Assembly: GCA_964016885.1 (NCBI GenBank)
Contig: OZ024743.1
Coordinates: 304,854,001-304,918,000, forward strand
Direction of reading: 5' to 3'
DNA length: 64,000 nt
Source: Eledone cirrhosa
Taxonomy: Eukaryota
Positions 1 to 15,000 of the stretch are shown in pieces. How positions within the stretch are numbered: the first letter of the stretch is position 1; each line of letters opens with the position of its first letter. The position numbers and the translations under genes were made by a program. Under the pieces are notes generated by a model. The model searched no databases. It was not told the DNA's origin and saw only the letters and a program-made list of their open reading frames with translations.

Positions 1-3000
1 CAAACTCTAGTGTAAGATATATTAAGGGTCATAACAAACTGTAATGTATGTTATATTAAGGGCCATAAAAACTGTATTGTAAGTTCTATTAACGGTCATA
101 ACAAAATGTTATGTAAGTTATATTAGGTGTCATAACAAACTGTAGTGTAAGTTATATTAAGGTTAACAGCAAACTGTAATGTAAGTGATATTAAGGAACA
201 TAATAAACTATAATGTAAGTTACATTAAGGGTCATAACAAACTGTAATGTAAGTTATATTAGGGGCCATAACGAACTGTAATGTAAGTTATATTAAGGGC
301 CATAACAAACTGTATTGTAAGTTATATTAACGGTCATAACAAAATGTTATATAAGTTATATTATTGGTCACAACAAACTGTAATGTAAGTTATATTAGGG
401 GCAATAACAACCTGTAATGTAAGTTATATTAAGGGTCATAACAAACTGTAATATAAGTTATATTAAGGGTCATAACAAACTGTATTGTAAGTTATATTAA
501 GGTTCATAACAAACTGTAATGTAAGTTATATTAAGGGTCATAACAAACTCTAATGTAAGTTATATTAAGGGTCATAACAAACTTTAATTTAAGTTATATT
601 AAGGGTTATAACTGTATTGCAAGTTATATTAAGGGTCATAACATACTGTAATGTAAGTGATATTAAGGCACATAACAAACTGTAATGTAAGTTATATTAA
701 GGGTCACAACAAACTGTAATGTAATTTATATTAAGGCTCATAACAAACTGCAATATAAGTTATATTGAGGGTCATAACAAACTGGAATGCAAGATATATT
801 AGCGGTCATAACAAACTGTAATGTAAGTTATATTAAGGGTCATAATATACTGTAATGTACGTTATATTAAGGGTCATAACAAACTATAATATAAGTTATA
901 TTAAGGGTCAAATCAAACTGTAGTGTAAGTTATATTATGGATCATACCAAACTGTTATGTAAGTTATATTAAGAATCATAATAAACTGTTATGTAAGTTA
1001 TATTACGGGACATAACAAACTGTAGTGTAAGTTATATTAAGGGTCATAACAAACTGTAATATAAGTTATATTAATGGTCATAGTAAACTGTAATGTAAGT
1101 GATATTAAGGGACATAACAAACTGTAATTTAAGTTACATTAAGGGTCATAACAAACTGTATTGTATCTCCTATTAACGGTCATAACAAACTCTAATGTAA
1201 GTTATATTAGGGGCCATAACAAACTCTAATGTAAGTTATATTAGGGGTCATAACAAACTGTAATGTAAGTTATATTAAGGTTCATAGCAAACTCTATCGT
1301 AAGTTATATTATGGATCATAACTGTATTGCAAGTTATATTAATGGTCATAAGATACTGTTATGGCGGTTATATTAGGGGACATAAGAAACTGTAACGTAA
1401 GTTATATCAAGGGTCATAACAAACTGTATTGTAAGTAATATTAAGGGTCATAACATACTGTAATGTAAGTAATATTAAGGGTCATAGAAAACTGTAATGT
1501 AAGTTATATTAAGGGTCATAACAAACTTTATTGTAAGTTATATTAAGGGGCATAACAAACTGTTATGTAAGTTATATTAAGGGTCATAACAAACTTTATT
1601 GTAAGTTATATTAAGAGTCATAACTGTATTGCAGGTTATATTAATGGTCATAACATAGTTTAATGTAAGTTATATTAAGGGTCATAACAAACTGTAATGT
1701 AACTTATATTAAGGGTCATAACAAACTGTAGTATAAGTTATATTAAGGGTCATAACAAACTGTAATGAAAGTTATATTAAGAGTCATAACATACTGTAAT
1801 GTAAGTTATATTAAGGGTCATAACAAACTGAAATGTAAGTTATATTAGCGGTCATAAAGTGTAATGTAAGTTATATTAGCGGTTATAAAGTGTAATGTAA
1901 CTTATATGATGTGTCATAACGAACTGTAATGTAAGTGATATTACGTGACATAACAAACTGTAATATAAGTTATATTAAGGGTCATAAGAAACTGTAATTC
2001 AAATTACATTAAGGGTCATCACAAACTGTAGTGTAAGTTATATTAAGGGTCATAACAAACTGTAATGTTAGTGATATTAAGGGACATAAACTGTAATGTA
2101 AGTTATATTAAGGGTCATAACAAACTGTAATGTAAGTTACATTAAGGGTCATAACAAACTGTAATGTAAGTCATATTAGGGGTCATAACAAACTGTAATG
2201 TAAGTTATATTAAGGGTCATAATAAACTGTATTGTAAGTTATATTAAGGGTCATAACTCTATTGAAATTATAATAATGGTCATAACATCCTGTAATATAA
2301 GTTATATTAAGGTTCATAACAAACTGTAATGAAAGTTATTTAAAGGGTCATAACAAACTGTAATGTAAGTTATATTAGCGGTCATAACAAACTGCAATGT
2401 AAGTTATATTAAGGGTCATAACAAACTGTTATGTAAGTTATATATAAGGCTCGCAACAAACTGTTGTGTAAGTTATATTAACGGTCATAACGAACGGTAA
2501 TGTAAGTGATATTAAGGGACATAATAAACTGTAATATAAGTTATATTAAGGGACATAATAAACTGTAATATAAGTTATATTAAGGGTCATAACAAACTGT
2601 AATGCAAGTTACATTAAGGGTCATCACAAACTGTAGTGTAAGTTATATAAAGGGTCATAACAAACTGTAATGTAAGTTATATTAAGGGTCATAGCACACT
2701 GTTATGTAAGTTATATTAAGGGTCATAACATACAGTAATGTATGATTATATTAAGTTTCATACCAAACTGTAATGTAAGTTAAAGTAAGGTTCATAACTG
2801 TATTGTAAGTTATATTAAGGGTCATAACAAACTGTTACGTAAGTTATATTAAGGGTCATAACAAACTGCAATATATGTTATATTAACGGACAAAACAAAC
2901 ATTTATGTAAGTTATATTAAGGGTCATAACAAACTGTAATGTAAGTGATATTAATGGACATAAACTGTAATGTAAGTTATATTAGGAGTCATAACAAACT

Positions 3001-6000
3001 GTAATGTAAGTTTATATTAAGGGTCATAACAAACTGTTATGTAAGTTATATTGAAGGTCATGACAAACTGTAATGTAAGTTATATTAAGGGTCATAACAA
3101 ACTGTATTGTAAGTTATATTAAGGGTCATAACTCTATTGCAAGTTATAATAATGGTCATAACATCCTGTAATATAAGTTATATTAAGGTTCATAACAAAC
3201 TGTAATTTAAGTTATATAAAGGGTCATAACAAACTGTAATGTAAGTTATATTAGCGGTCATAACAAACTGCAATGTAAGTTATATTAAGGGTCATAACAA
3301 ACTGTTATGTAAGTTATATATAAGGCTCGCAACAAACTGTAGTGTAAGTTATATTAAGGGTCATAACTGTATTGCAAGTTATATTAATGGTCATAACATA
3401 GTGTATTGTAAGTTATATTAAGATTCACAACAAACTGTAATGTAAGTTATATTAGGAGTCATAAGAAACTGTAATGTAAGTCATATTAAGGGTCATGACA
3501 TACTATAATGTCAGTTATATTAAGGGTCATAACAAACTGTTACGTAAGTTATATTTAAGGGTCAAAACAAACTGTATTGTAAGTTATATTAAAGGCAATA
3601 ACTGTATTGTAAGTTATATTAACTGTCATAACATACTGTAATGTAAGTTATATAAAGGGTCATAACAAACTGCAATGTAAATTATATTAGCGGTCATAAA
3701 GTGTAATGTAACTGATATGATGTGTCATAACGAACTGTAATGTAAGTGATATTAAGGGAGATAATAAACTGTAATATAAGTTATATTAAGGGTCATAACA
3801 AACTGTAATGCAAGTTACATTAAGGGTCATCACAAACTGTAGTGTAAGTTATATTAAGGGTCATAACAAACTGTAATGTAAGTTATATTAAGGGTCATAG
3901 CACACTGTTATGTAAGTTATATTAAGGGTCATAACATACAGTAATGTATGATTATATTAATGTTCATAACAAACTGTAATGTAAGTTAAAGTAAGGTTCA
4001 TAACTGTATTGTAAGTTATATTAAGGGTCATAACAAACTGTAATGTAAGTGATATTAATGGACATAAACTGTAATGTAAGTTATAGTGAGGGTCATAACG
4101 AACTGTAATGTAAGTTCATTAAGGGTCATAACAAACTGTAATGTAAGTTATATTAGGGGTCATAACAAACTGCAATGTAAGTTATATTAAGGGTCATAAC
4201 AAACTGTTATGTAAGATATATTGAAGGTCATGACATACTGTAATGTAAGTTATATTAAGGGTCATAACAAACTGTTATGTAAGTTATATTTAAGGGTCAT
4301 AACAAACTGTATTGTAAGTTATATTAAGGGTCATAACTGTATTGCAATTATATTAATGGTCATAACATACTGTAACGTAAGCAATATTAAGGTTCATAAC
4401 AAACTAATGTAAGTTATATTAGGGGTCATAAGAAACTGTAATGTAAGTTATATTAAGGGTCATAGCAAACATACTGTAATGTAAGTTATATTAAGGTTCA
4501 TAACAAACTGTAATGTAAGATAAAGTAAGGTTCATAACTGTATTGTAATTTATGTTAAGGGTCATAACATACTGTAATGTAAGTTTTATAAAGGGTCATA
4601 ACAAACTCTAATTTAAGCTATATTAGGGGTCATAACAAACTGTAATGTAAGTTATATTAAGGGTCATAACAAACTGTAATGTAAGTTAAAGTAAGTGTCA
4701 TAATTGTATTCTAAGGTATATTAAGGGTCATAACATACTGTAATGTAAGTTATATTTAGGGTCATAACAAACTGTATTGTAAGTTATATTAAGGGTTATA
4801 ACTCTATTGCAAGTTATAATAATGGTCATAACATCCTGTAATATAAGTTATATTAAGGTTCATAACAAACTGTAATGTAAGTCATATAAAGGGTCATAAC
4901 AAACAGTAATGTAAGTTATATTAGCGGTCATAAGAAATTGTAATGTAAGTCATATTAAGAGTCATAACATACTATAATGCACGTTATATTAAGGGTCATA
5001 ACAAACTGTTAGGTAAGTCATATTTAAGGGTCAAAACAAAGTGTATTATAAGTTATATTAAAGGTCATAACTGTATTGTAAGTTATATTAAGTGTCATAA
5101 CATACTGTAATATAAGTTATATTAAGGGTCATAACAAACTGCAATGTAAGTTATATTAGCGGTCATAAAGTGTAATGTAAGTTATATTAGCGGTCATAAA
5201 GTGTAATGTAACTTATATGATGTGTCATAACGAACTGTAATGTAAGTGATATTACGGGACATATCAAACTGTAATATAAGTTATATTAATGGTCATAAGA
5301 AACCGTAATTCAAATTACATTAAGGGTCATCACAAACTGTAGTGTAAGTTATATTAAGGTTCATAACTAACTGTAATGTTAGTGATATTAAGGGACATAA
5401 ACTGTAATGTAAGTTATATTAAGGGTCATAACAAACTGTAATGTAAGTTACATTTAGGGTCATAACAAACTGTAATGTAAGTTATATAAGGGGTCATAAC
5501 AAACTGTAATGTAAGTTATATTAAGGGTCATAATAAACTGTATTGTAAGTTATATTAAGGGTCATAACTCTATTGCAAGTTATAATAATGGTCATAACAT
5601 CCTGTAATATAAGTTATATTAAGGTTCATAACAAACTGTAATGTAAGTTATATAAAGGGTCATAACAAACTGTAATGTAAGTTATATTAGCGGTCATAAC
5701 AAACTGCAATGTAAGTTATATTAAGGGTCATAACAAACTGCAATATATGTTATATTAACGGACATAACAAACTGTTATGTAAGTTATATTAAGGGTCATA
5801 ACAAACTGTAATGTAAGTGATATTAATGGACATAAACTGTAATGTAAGTTATATTAAGCGTCATAACAAACTGTAATGTAAGTTCATTAAGGGTCATAAC
5901 AAACTGTAATGTAAGTTATATTAGGGGTCATAACAAACTGTAATGTAAGTTATATTAAGGGTCATAACAAACTGTTATGTAAGTTATATTGAAGGTCATG

Positions 6001-9000
6001 ACAAACTGTAATGTAAGTTATATTAAGGGTCATATCAAACTGTATTGTAAGTTATATTAAGGGTCATAACTCTATTGCAAGTTATAATAATGGTCATAAA
6101 ATCCTGTAATATAAGTTATATTAAGGTTCACAACAAACTGTAATGTAAGTTATATAAAGGGTCATAACAAACTGTAATGTAAGTTATATTAGCGGTCATA
6201 ACAAACTGCAATGTAAGTTATATTAAGGGTCATAACAAACTGTTATGTAAGTTATATATAAGGCTCGCAACAAACTGTAGTGTAAGTTATATTAAGGGTC
6301 ATAACTGTATTGCATGTTATATTAATGGTCATAACATTGTGTATTGTAAGTTATATTAAGGTTCATAACAAACTGTAATGTAAGTTATATTAGGGGTCAT
6401 AAGAAACTGTAATGTAAGTCATATTAAGGGTCATAACATACTATAATGTAAGTTATATTAAGGGTCATAACAAACTGTTACGTAAGTTATATTTAAGGGT
6501 CAAAACAAACTGTATTGTAAGTCATATTAAAGGCAATAACTGTATTGTAAGTTATATTAAGTGTCATAACATACTGTAATGTAAGTTATATTAAGGGTCA
6601 TAACAAACTTCAATGTCAGTTATATTAGCGGTCATCAAGTGTAATGTAACTTATATGATGTCATAACGAACTGTAATGTAAGTGATATTAAGGGACATAA
6701 TAAACTGTAATATGAGTTATATTAAGTGTCATAACAAACTGTAACGCAAGTTACATTAAGGGTCATCACAAACTGTAGTGTAAGTTATATTAAGGGTCAT
6801 AACAAACTGTAATGTAAGTTATATTAAGGGTCATAGCACACTGTTATGTAAGTTATATTAAGGGTCATAACATACAGTAATGTATGATTATATTAAGGTT
6901 CATAACAAACTGTAATGTAAGTTATATTAAGGGTCATAACTCTATTGCAAGTTATATTAAGGGTCATAACAAACTGTTACCTAAGTTATATTAAGGGTCA
7001 TTACAAACTGCAATATATGTTATATTAACGGACATAACAAACTGTTATGTAAGTTATATTAAGGGTCATAACAAACTGTAATGTAAGTGATATTAATGGA
7101 CATAAACTGTAATGTAAGTTATATTAAGCGTCATAACAAACTGTAATGTAAGTTCATTAAGGGTCATAACAAACTGTAATGTAAGTTATATTAGGGGTCA
7201 TAACAAACTGTAATGTAAGTTATATTAAGGGTCATAACATACAGTAATGTATGATTATATTAAGGTTCATAACAAACTGTAATGTAAGTTATATTAAGGG
7301 TCATAACTCTATTGCAAGTTATATTAAGGGTCATAACAAACTGTTACCTAAGTTATATTAAGGGTCATAACAAACTGCAATATATGTTATATTTACGGAC
7401 ATAACAAACTGTTATGTAAGTTATATTAAGGGTCATAACAAACTGTAATGTAAGTGATATTAATGGACATAAACTGTAATGTAAGTTATATTAAGCGTCA
7501 TAACAAACTGTAATGTAAGTTCATTAAGGGTCATAACAAACTGTAATGTAAGTTATATTAGGGGTCATAACAAACTGTAATGTAAGTTATATTAAGGGTC
7601 ATAACAAACTGTTATGTAAGTTATATTGAAGGTCATGACAAACTAATGTAAGTTATATTAAGGGTCATAACAAACTCTATTGTAAGTTATATTAAGGGTC
7701 ATAACTCTATTGCAAGTTATAATAATGGTCATAAAATCCTGTAATATAAGTTATATTAAGGTTCACAACAAACTGTAATGTAAGTTATATAAAGGGTCAT
7801 AACAAACTGTAATGTAAGTTATATTAGCGGTCATAACAAACTGCAATGTAAGTTATATTAAGGGAAATAACAAACTGTTATGTAAGTTATACATAAGGCT
7901 CGCAACAAACTGTAGTGTAAGTTATATTAAGGGTCATAACTGTATTGCATGTTATATTAATGGTCATAACATTGTGTATTGTAAGTTATATTAAGGTTCA
8001 TAACAAACTGTAATGTAAGTTATATTAGGGGTCATAAGAAGCTGTAATGTAAGTCATATTAAGGGTCATAACATACTATAATGTAAGTTATATTAAGTGT
8101 CATAACAAACTGTTACGTAAGTTATATTTAAGGCTGAAAACAAACTGCAATGTAAGTTATATTAGCGTTCATAAAGTGTAATGTAAGTTATATTAGCGGT
8201 CATAAAGTGTAATGTAACTTATATGATGTGTCATAACGAACTGTAATGTAAGTGATATTACGGGACATAACAAACTGTAATATAAGTTATATTAAGGGTC
8301 ATAAAAAACCGTAATTCAAATTACATTAAGGGTCATCACAAACTGTAGTGTAAGTTATATTAAGGTTCATAACAAACTGTAATGTTAGTGATATTAAGGG
8401 ACATAAACTGTAATGTAAGTTATATTAAGGGTCATAACAAACTGTAATGTAAGTTACATTAAGGGTCATAACAAACTGTAATGCAAGTTATATAAGGGGT
8501 CATAACAAACTGTAATGTAAGTTATATTAAGGGTCATAATAAACTGTATTGTAAGTTATATTAAGGGTCATAACTCTATTGCAAGTTATAATAATGGTCA
8601 TAACATCCTGTAATATAAGTTATATTAAGGTTCATAACAAACTGTAATGTAAGTTATATAAAGGGTCATAACAAACTGTAATGTAAGTTATATTAGCGGT
8701 CATAACAAACTGCAATATAAGTTATATTAAGGGTCATAACAATCTGTTATGTAAGTTATATATATAAGGCTCGCAACAAACTGTAGTGTAAGTTATATTA
8801 AGGGTCATAACTGTATTGCATGTTATATTAATGGTCATAACATAGTGTAATGTAAGTTATATTAAGGTTCATAACAAACTGTAATGTAAGTTATATTAGG
8901 GGTCATAAGAAACATTAATGTAAGTCATATTAAGGGTCATAACATACTATAATGTAAGTTATATTAAGGCTCATAACAAACTGTTACGTAAGTTATATTT

Positions 9001-12000
9001 AAGGGTCAAAACAAACTGTATTGTAAGTTATATTAAAGCCAATAACTGTATCGTAAGTTATATTAAGTGTCATAACATACTGTAGTGTAAGTTATATTAA
9101 GGGTCATAACAAACTGCAATGTAAGTTATATTAGCGGTCATAAAGTGTAATGTAACTTATATGATGTGTCATAACGAACTGTAATGTAAGTGATATTAAG
9201 GGACATAATAAACTGTAATATAAGTTATATTAAGTGTCATAACTAACTGTATTGCAAGTTACATTAAGGGTCATCACAAACTGTAGTGTAAGTTATATTA
9301 AGGGTCATAACAAACAGTAATGTAAGTTATATTAAGGGTCATAGCACACTGTTATGTAAGTTATATTAAGGGTCATATCATACAGTAATGTATGATTATA
9401 TTAAGGTTCATTACAAATTGTAATGTAAGTTATATTAAGGGTCATAACTCTATTGCAAGTTATATTAAGGGTCATAACAAACTGTTACCTAAGTTATATT
9501 AAGGGTCATAACAAACTGCAATATATGTTATATTAACGGACATAACAAACTGTTATGTAAGTTATATTAAGGGTCATAACAAACTGTAATGTAAGTGATA
9601 TTAATGGACATAAACTGTAATGTAAGTTATATTAAGCGTCATAACAAACTGTAATGTAAGTTCATTAAGGGTCATAACAAACTGTAATGTAAGTTATATT
9701 AGGGGTCATAACAAACTGCAATGTAAGTTATATTAAGGGTCATAACAAACTGTTATGTAAGATATATTGAAGGTCATGACATACTGTAATGTAAGTTATA
9801 TTAAGGGTCATAACAAACTGTTATGTAAGTTATATTTAAGGGTCATAACAAACTGTATTGTAAGTTATATTAAGGGTCATAACTGTATTGCAATTATATT
9901 AATGGTCATAACATACTGTAACGTAAGCAATATTAAGGTTCATAACAAACTGTAATGTAAGTTATATTAGGGGTCATAAGAAACTGTAATGTAAGTTATA
10001 TTAAGGGTCATAGCAAACATACTGTAATGTAAGTTATATTAAGGTTCATAACAAACTGTAATGTAAGATAAAGTAAGGTTCATAACTGTATTGTAATTTA
10101 TGTTAAGGGTCATAACAAACTCTATTGTAAGTTATATTAAGGGTCATAACTCTATTGCAAGTTATAATAATGGTCATAAAATCCTGTAATATAAGTTATA
10201 TTAAGGTTCACAACAAACTGTAATGTAAGTTATATAAAGGGTCATAACAAACTGTAATGTAAGTTATATTAGCGGTCATAACAAACTGCAATGTAAGTTA
10301 TATTAAGGGAAATAACAAACTGTTATGTAAGTTATACATAAGGCTCGCAACAAACTGTAGTGTAAGTTATATTAAGGGTCATAACTGTATTGCATGTTAT
10401 ATTAATGGTCATAACATTGTGTATTGTAAGTTATATTAAGGTTCATAACAAACTGTAATGTAAGTTATATTAGGGGTCATAAGAAGCTGTAATGTAAGTC
10501 ATATTAAGGGTCATAACATACTATAATGTAAGTTATATTAAGTGTCATAACAAACTGTTACGTAAGTTATATTTAAGGCTGAAAACAAACTGTATTGTAA
10601 GTTATATTAAAGGTCATAACTGTATTGTAAGTTATATTAAGTGTCATAACATACTGTAATGTAAGTTATATTAAGGGTCATAACAAACTGCAATGTAAGT
10701 TATATTAGCGTTCATAAAGTGTAATGTAAGTTATATTAGCGGTCATAAAGTGTAATGTAACTTATATGATGTGTCATAACGAACTGTAATGTAAGTGATA
10801 TTACGGGACATAACAAACTGTAATATAAGTTATATTAAGGGTCATAAAAAACCGTAATTCAAATTACATTAAGGGTCATCACAAACTGTAGTGTAAGTTA
10901 TATTAAGGTTCATAACAAACTGTAATGTTAGTGATATTAAGGGACATAAACTGTAATGTAAGTTATATTAAGGGTCATAACAAACTGTAATGTAAGTTAC
11001 ATTAAGGGTCATAACAAACTGTAATGCAAGTTATATAAGGGGTCATAACAAACTGTAATGTAAGTTATATTAAGGGTCATAATAAACTGTATTGTAAGTT
11101 ATATTAAGGGTCATAACTCTATTGCAAGTTATAATAATGGTCATAACATCCTGTAATATAAGTTATATTAAGGTTCATAACAAACTGTAATGTAAGTTAT
11201 ATAAAGGGTCATAACAAACTGTAATGTAAGTTATATTAGCGGTCATAACAAACTGCAATATAAGTTATATTAAGGGTCATAACAATCTGTTATGTAAGTT
11301 ATATATATAAGGCTCGCAACAAACTGTAGTGTAAGTTATATTAAGGGTCATAACTGTATTGCATGTTATATTAATGGTCATAACATAGTGTAATGTAAGT
11401 TATATTAAGGTTCATAACAAACTGTAATGTAAGTTATATTAGGGGTCATAAGAAACATTAATGTAAGTCATATTAAGGGTCATAACATACTATAATGTAA
11501 GTTATATTAAGGCTCATAACAAACTGTTACGTAAGTTATATTTAAGGGTCAAAACAAACTGTATTGTAAGTTATATTAAAGCCAATAACTGTATCGTAAG
11601 TTATATTAAGTGTCATAACATACTGTAGTGTAAGTTATATTAAGGGTCATAACAAACTGCAATGTAAGTTATATTAGCGGTCATAAAGTGTAATGTAACT
11701 TATATGATGTGTCATAACGAACTGTAATGTAAGTGATATTAAGGGACATAATAAACTGTAATATAAGTTATATTAAGTGTCATAACAAACTGTATTGCAA
11801 GTTACATTAAGGGTCATCACAAACTGTAGTGTAAGTTATATTAAGGGTCATAACAAACAGTAATGTAAGTTATATTAAGGGTCATAGCACACTGTTATGT
11901 AAGTTATATTAAGGGTCATATCATACAGTAATGTATGATTATATTAAGGTTCATTACAAATTGTAATGTAAGTTATATTAAGGGTCATAACTCTATTGCA

Positions 12001-15000
12001 AGTTATATTAAGGGTCATAACAAACTGTTACCTAAGTTATATTAAGGGTCATAACAAACTGCAATATATGTTATATTAACGGACATAACAAACTGTTATG
12101 TAAGTTATATTAAGGGTCATAACAAACTGTAATGTAAGTGATATTAATGGACATAAACTGTAATGTAAGTTATATTAAGCGTCATAACAAACTGTAATGT
12201 AAGTTCATTAAGGGTCATAACAAACTGTAATGTAAGTTATATTAGGGGTCATAACAAACTGCAATGTAAGTTATATTAAGGGTCATAACAAACTGTTATG
12301 TAAGATATATTGAAGGTCATGACATACTGTAATGTAAGTTATATTAAGGGTCATAACAAACTGTTATGTAAGTTATATTTAAGGGTCATAACAAACTGTA
12401 TTGTAAGTTATATTAAGGGTCATAACTGTATTGCAATTATATTAATGGTCATAACATACTGTAACGTAAGCAATATTAAGGTTCATAACAAACTGTAATG
12501 TAAGTTATATTAGGGGTCATAAGAAACTGTAATGTAAGTTATATTAAGGGTCATAGCAAACATACTGTAATGTAAGTTATATTAAGGTTCATAACAAACT
12601 GTAATGTAAGATAAAGTAAGGTTCATAACTGTATTGTAATTTATGTTAAGGGTCATAACAAACTCTATTGTAAGTTATATTAAGGGTCATAACTCTATTG
12701 CAAGTTATAATAATGGTCATAAAATCCTGTAATATAAGTTATATTAAGGTTCACAACAAACTGTAATGTAAGTTATATAAAGGGTCATAACAAACTGTAA
12801 TGTAAGTTATATTAGCGGTCATAACAAACTGCAATGTAAGTTATATTAAGGGAAATAACAAATTGTTATGTAAGTTATACATAAGGCTCGCAACAAACTG
12901 TAGTGTAAGTTATATTAAGGGTCATAACTGTATTGCATGTTATATTAATGGTCATAACATTGTGTATTGTAAGTTATATTAAGGTTCATAACAAACTGTA
13001 ATGTAAGTTATATTAGGGGTCATAAGAAGCTGTAATGTAAGTCATATTAAGGGTCATAACATACTATAATGTAAGTTATATTAAGGGTCATAACAAACTG
13101 TTACGTAAGTTATATTTAAGGGTCAAAACAAACTGTATTGTAAGTCATATTAAAGGCAATAACTGTATTGTAAGTTATATTAAGTGTCATAACATACTGT
13201 AATGTAAGTTATATTAAGGGTCATAACAAACTTCAATGTAAGTTATATTAGCGGTCATCAAGTGTAATGTAACTTATATGATGTGTCATAACGAACTGTA
13301 ATGTAAGTGATATTAAGAGACATAATAAACTGTAATATGAGTTATATTAAGGGTCATAACAAACTGTAATGCAAGTTACATTAAGGGTCATCACAAACTG
13401 TAGTGTAAGTTATATTAAGGGTCAGAACAAACTGTAATGTAAGTCATATTAAGGGTCATAGCACACTGTTATGTAAGTTATATTAAGGGTCATAACATAG
13501 AGTAATGTATGATTATATTAATGTTCATAACAAACTGTAATGTAAGTTAAAGTAAGGTTCATAACTGTATTGTAAGTTATATTAAGGGTCATAACAAACT
13601 GTTACTTAAGTTATATTCAGGGTCATAACAAACTGCAATATATGTTATATTAACGGACATAACAAACTGTAATGTAAGTTATATTAAGGGTCATAACGAA
13701 CTGTAATGTAAGTTCATTAAGGGTCATAACAAACTGTAATGTAAGTTATATTAGGGGTCATAACAAACTGCAATGTAAGTTATATTAAGGTTCATAACAA
13801 ACTGTTATGTAAGTTATATATATGGCTCGCAACAAACTGTAGTGTAAGTTATATTAAGGGTCATAACTGTATTGCAAGTTATATTAATGGTCATAACATA
13901 GTGTAATGTAAGTTATATTAAGGTACATAACAAACTGTAATGTAAGTTATATTAGGGGTCATAAGAAACTGTAATGTAAGTCATATTAAGGGTCATAACA
14001 TAATATAATGTAAGTTATATTAAGGGTCATAACAAACTGTTACATAAGTTATATTTAAGGGTGAAAACAAACTATATTGTAATTTATATTAAAGGCAATA
14101 ACTGTATTGTAAGTTATATTAAGTGTCATAACATACTGTAATGTAAGTTATATTAAGGGTCATAACAAACTGCAATGTAAGTTATATTAGCGGTCATAAA
14201 GTGTAATGGAAGTCATGTTAGCGGTCATAAAGTGTAATGTAACTTATATGATGTGTCATAACGAACTGTAATGTAAGCGATATTAAGGGACATAACAAAC
14301 TGTAATGCAAGTTACATTAAGGGTCATCACAAACTGTAGTGTAAGTTATATTAAGGGTCATAACAAACTGTAATGTAAGTTATATTAAGGGTCATAGCAC
14401 ACTGTTATGTAAGTTATATTAAGGGTCATAACATACAGTAATGTATGATTATATTAAGGTTCATAACAAACTGTAATGTAAGTTAAAGTAAGGTTCATAA
14501 CTGTATTGTAAGTTATATTAAGGGTCATAACAAACTGTTATGTAAGTTATATTAAAGGTCATGACAAACTGTAATGTAAGTTATATTAGCGGTCATAAGA
14601 AACTGTAATGTAAGTCATATTAAGGGTCATAACATACTATAATGTAAGTTATATTAAGTGTCATAACAAACTGTTACGTAAGTTATATTTAAGGCTGAAA
14701 ACAAACTGTATTGTAAGTTATATTAAAGGTCATAACTGTATTGTAAGTTATATTAAGTGTCATAACATACTGTAATGTAAGTTATATTAAGGGTCATAAC
14801 AAACTGCAATGTAAGTTATATTAGCGTTCATAAAGTGTAATGTAAGTTATATTAGCGGTCATAAAGTGTAATGTAACTTATATGATGTGTCATAACGAAC
14901 TGTAATGTAAGTGATATTACGGGACATAACAAACTGTATTATAAGTTATATTAAGGGTCATAAAAAACCGTAATTCAAATTACATTAAGGGTCATCACAA

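Noticed and set aside
4221-12498. Three near-identical 62-63 aa ORFs (MKVMTYCNVSY...)
   Set aside because: Chance stop-free stretches of the satellite with TTG starts, repeated because of the higher-order duplications.
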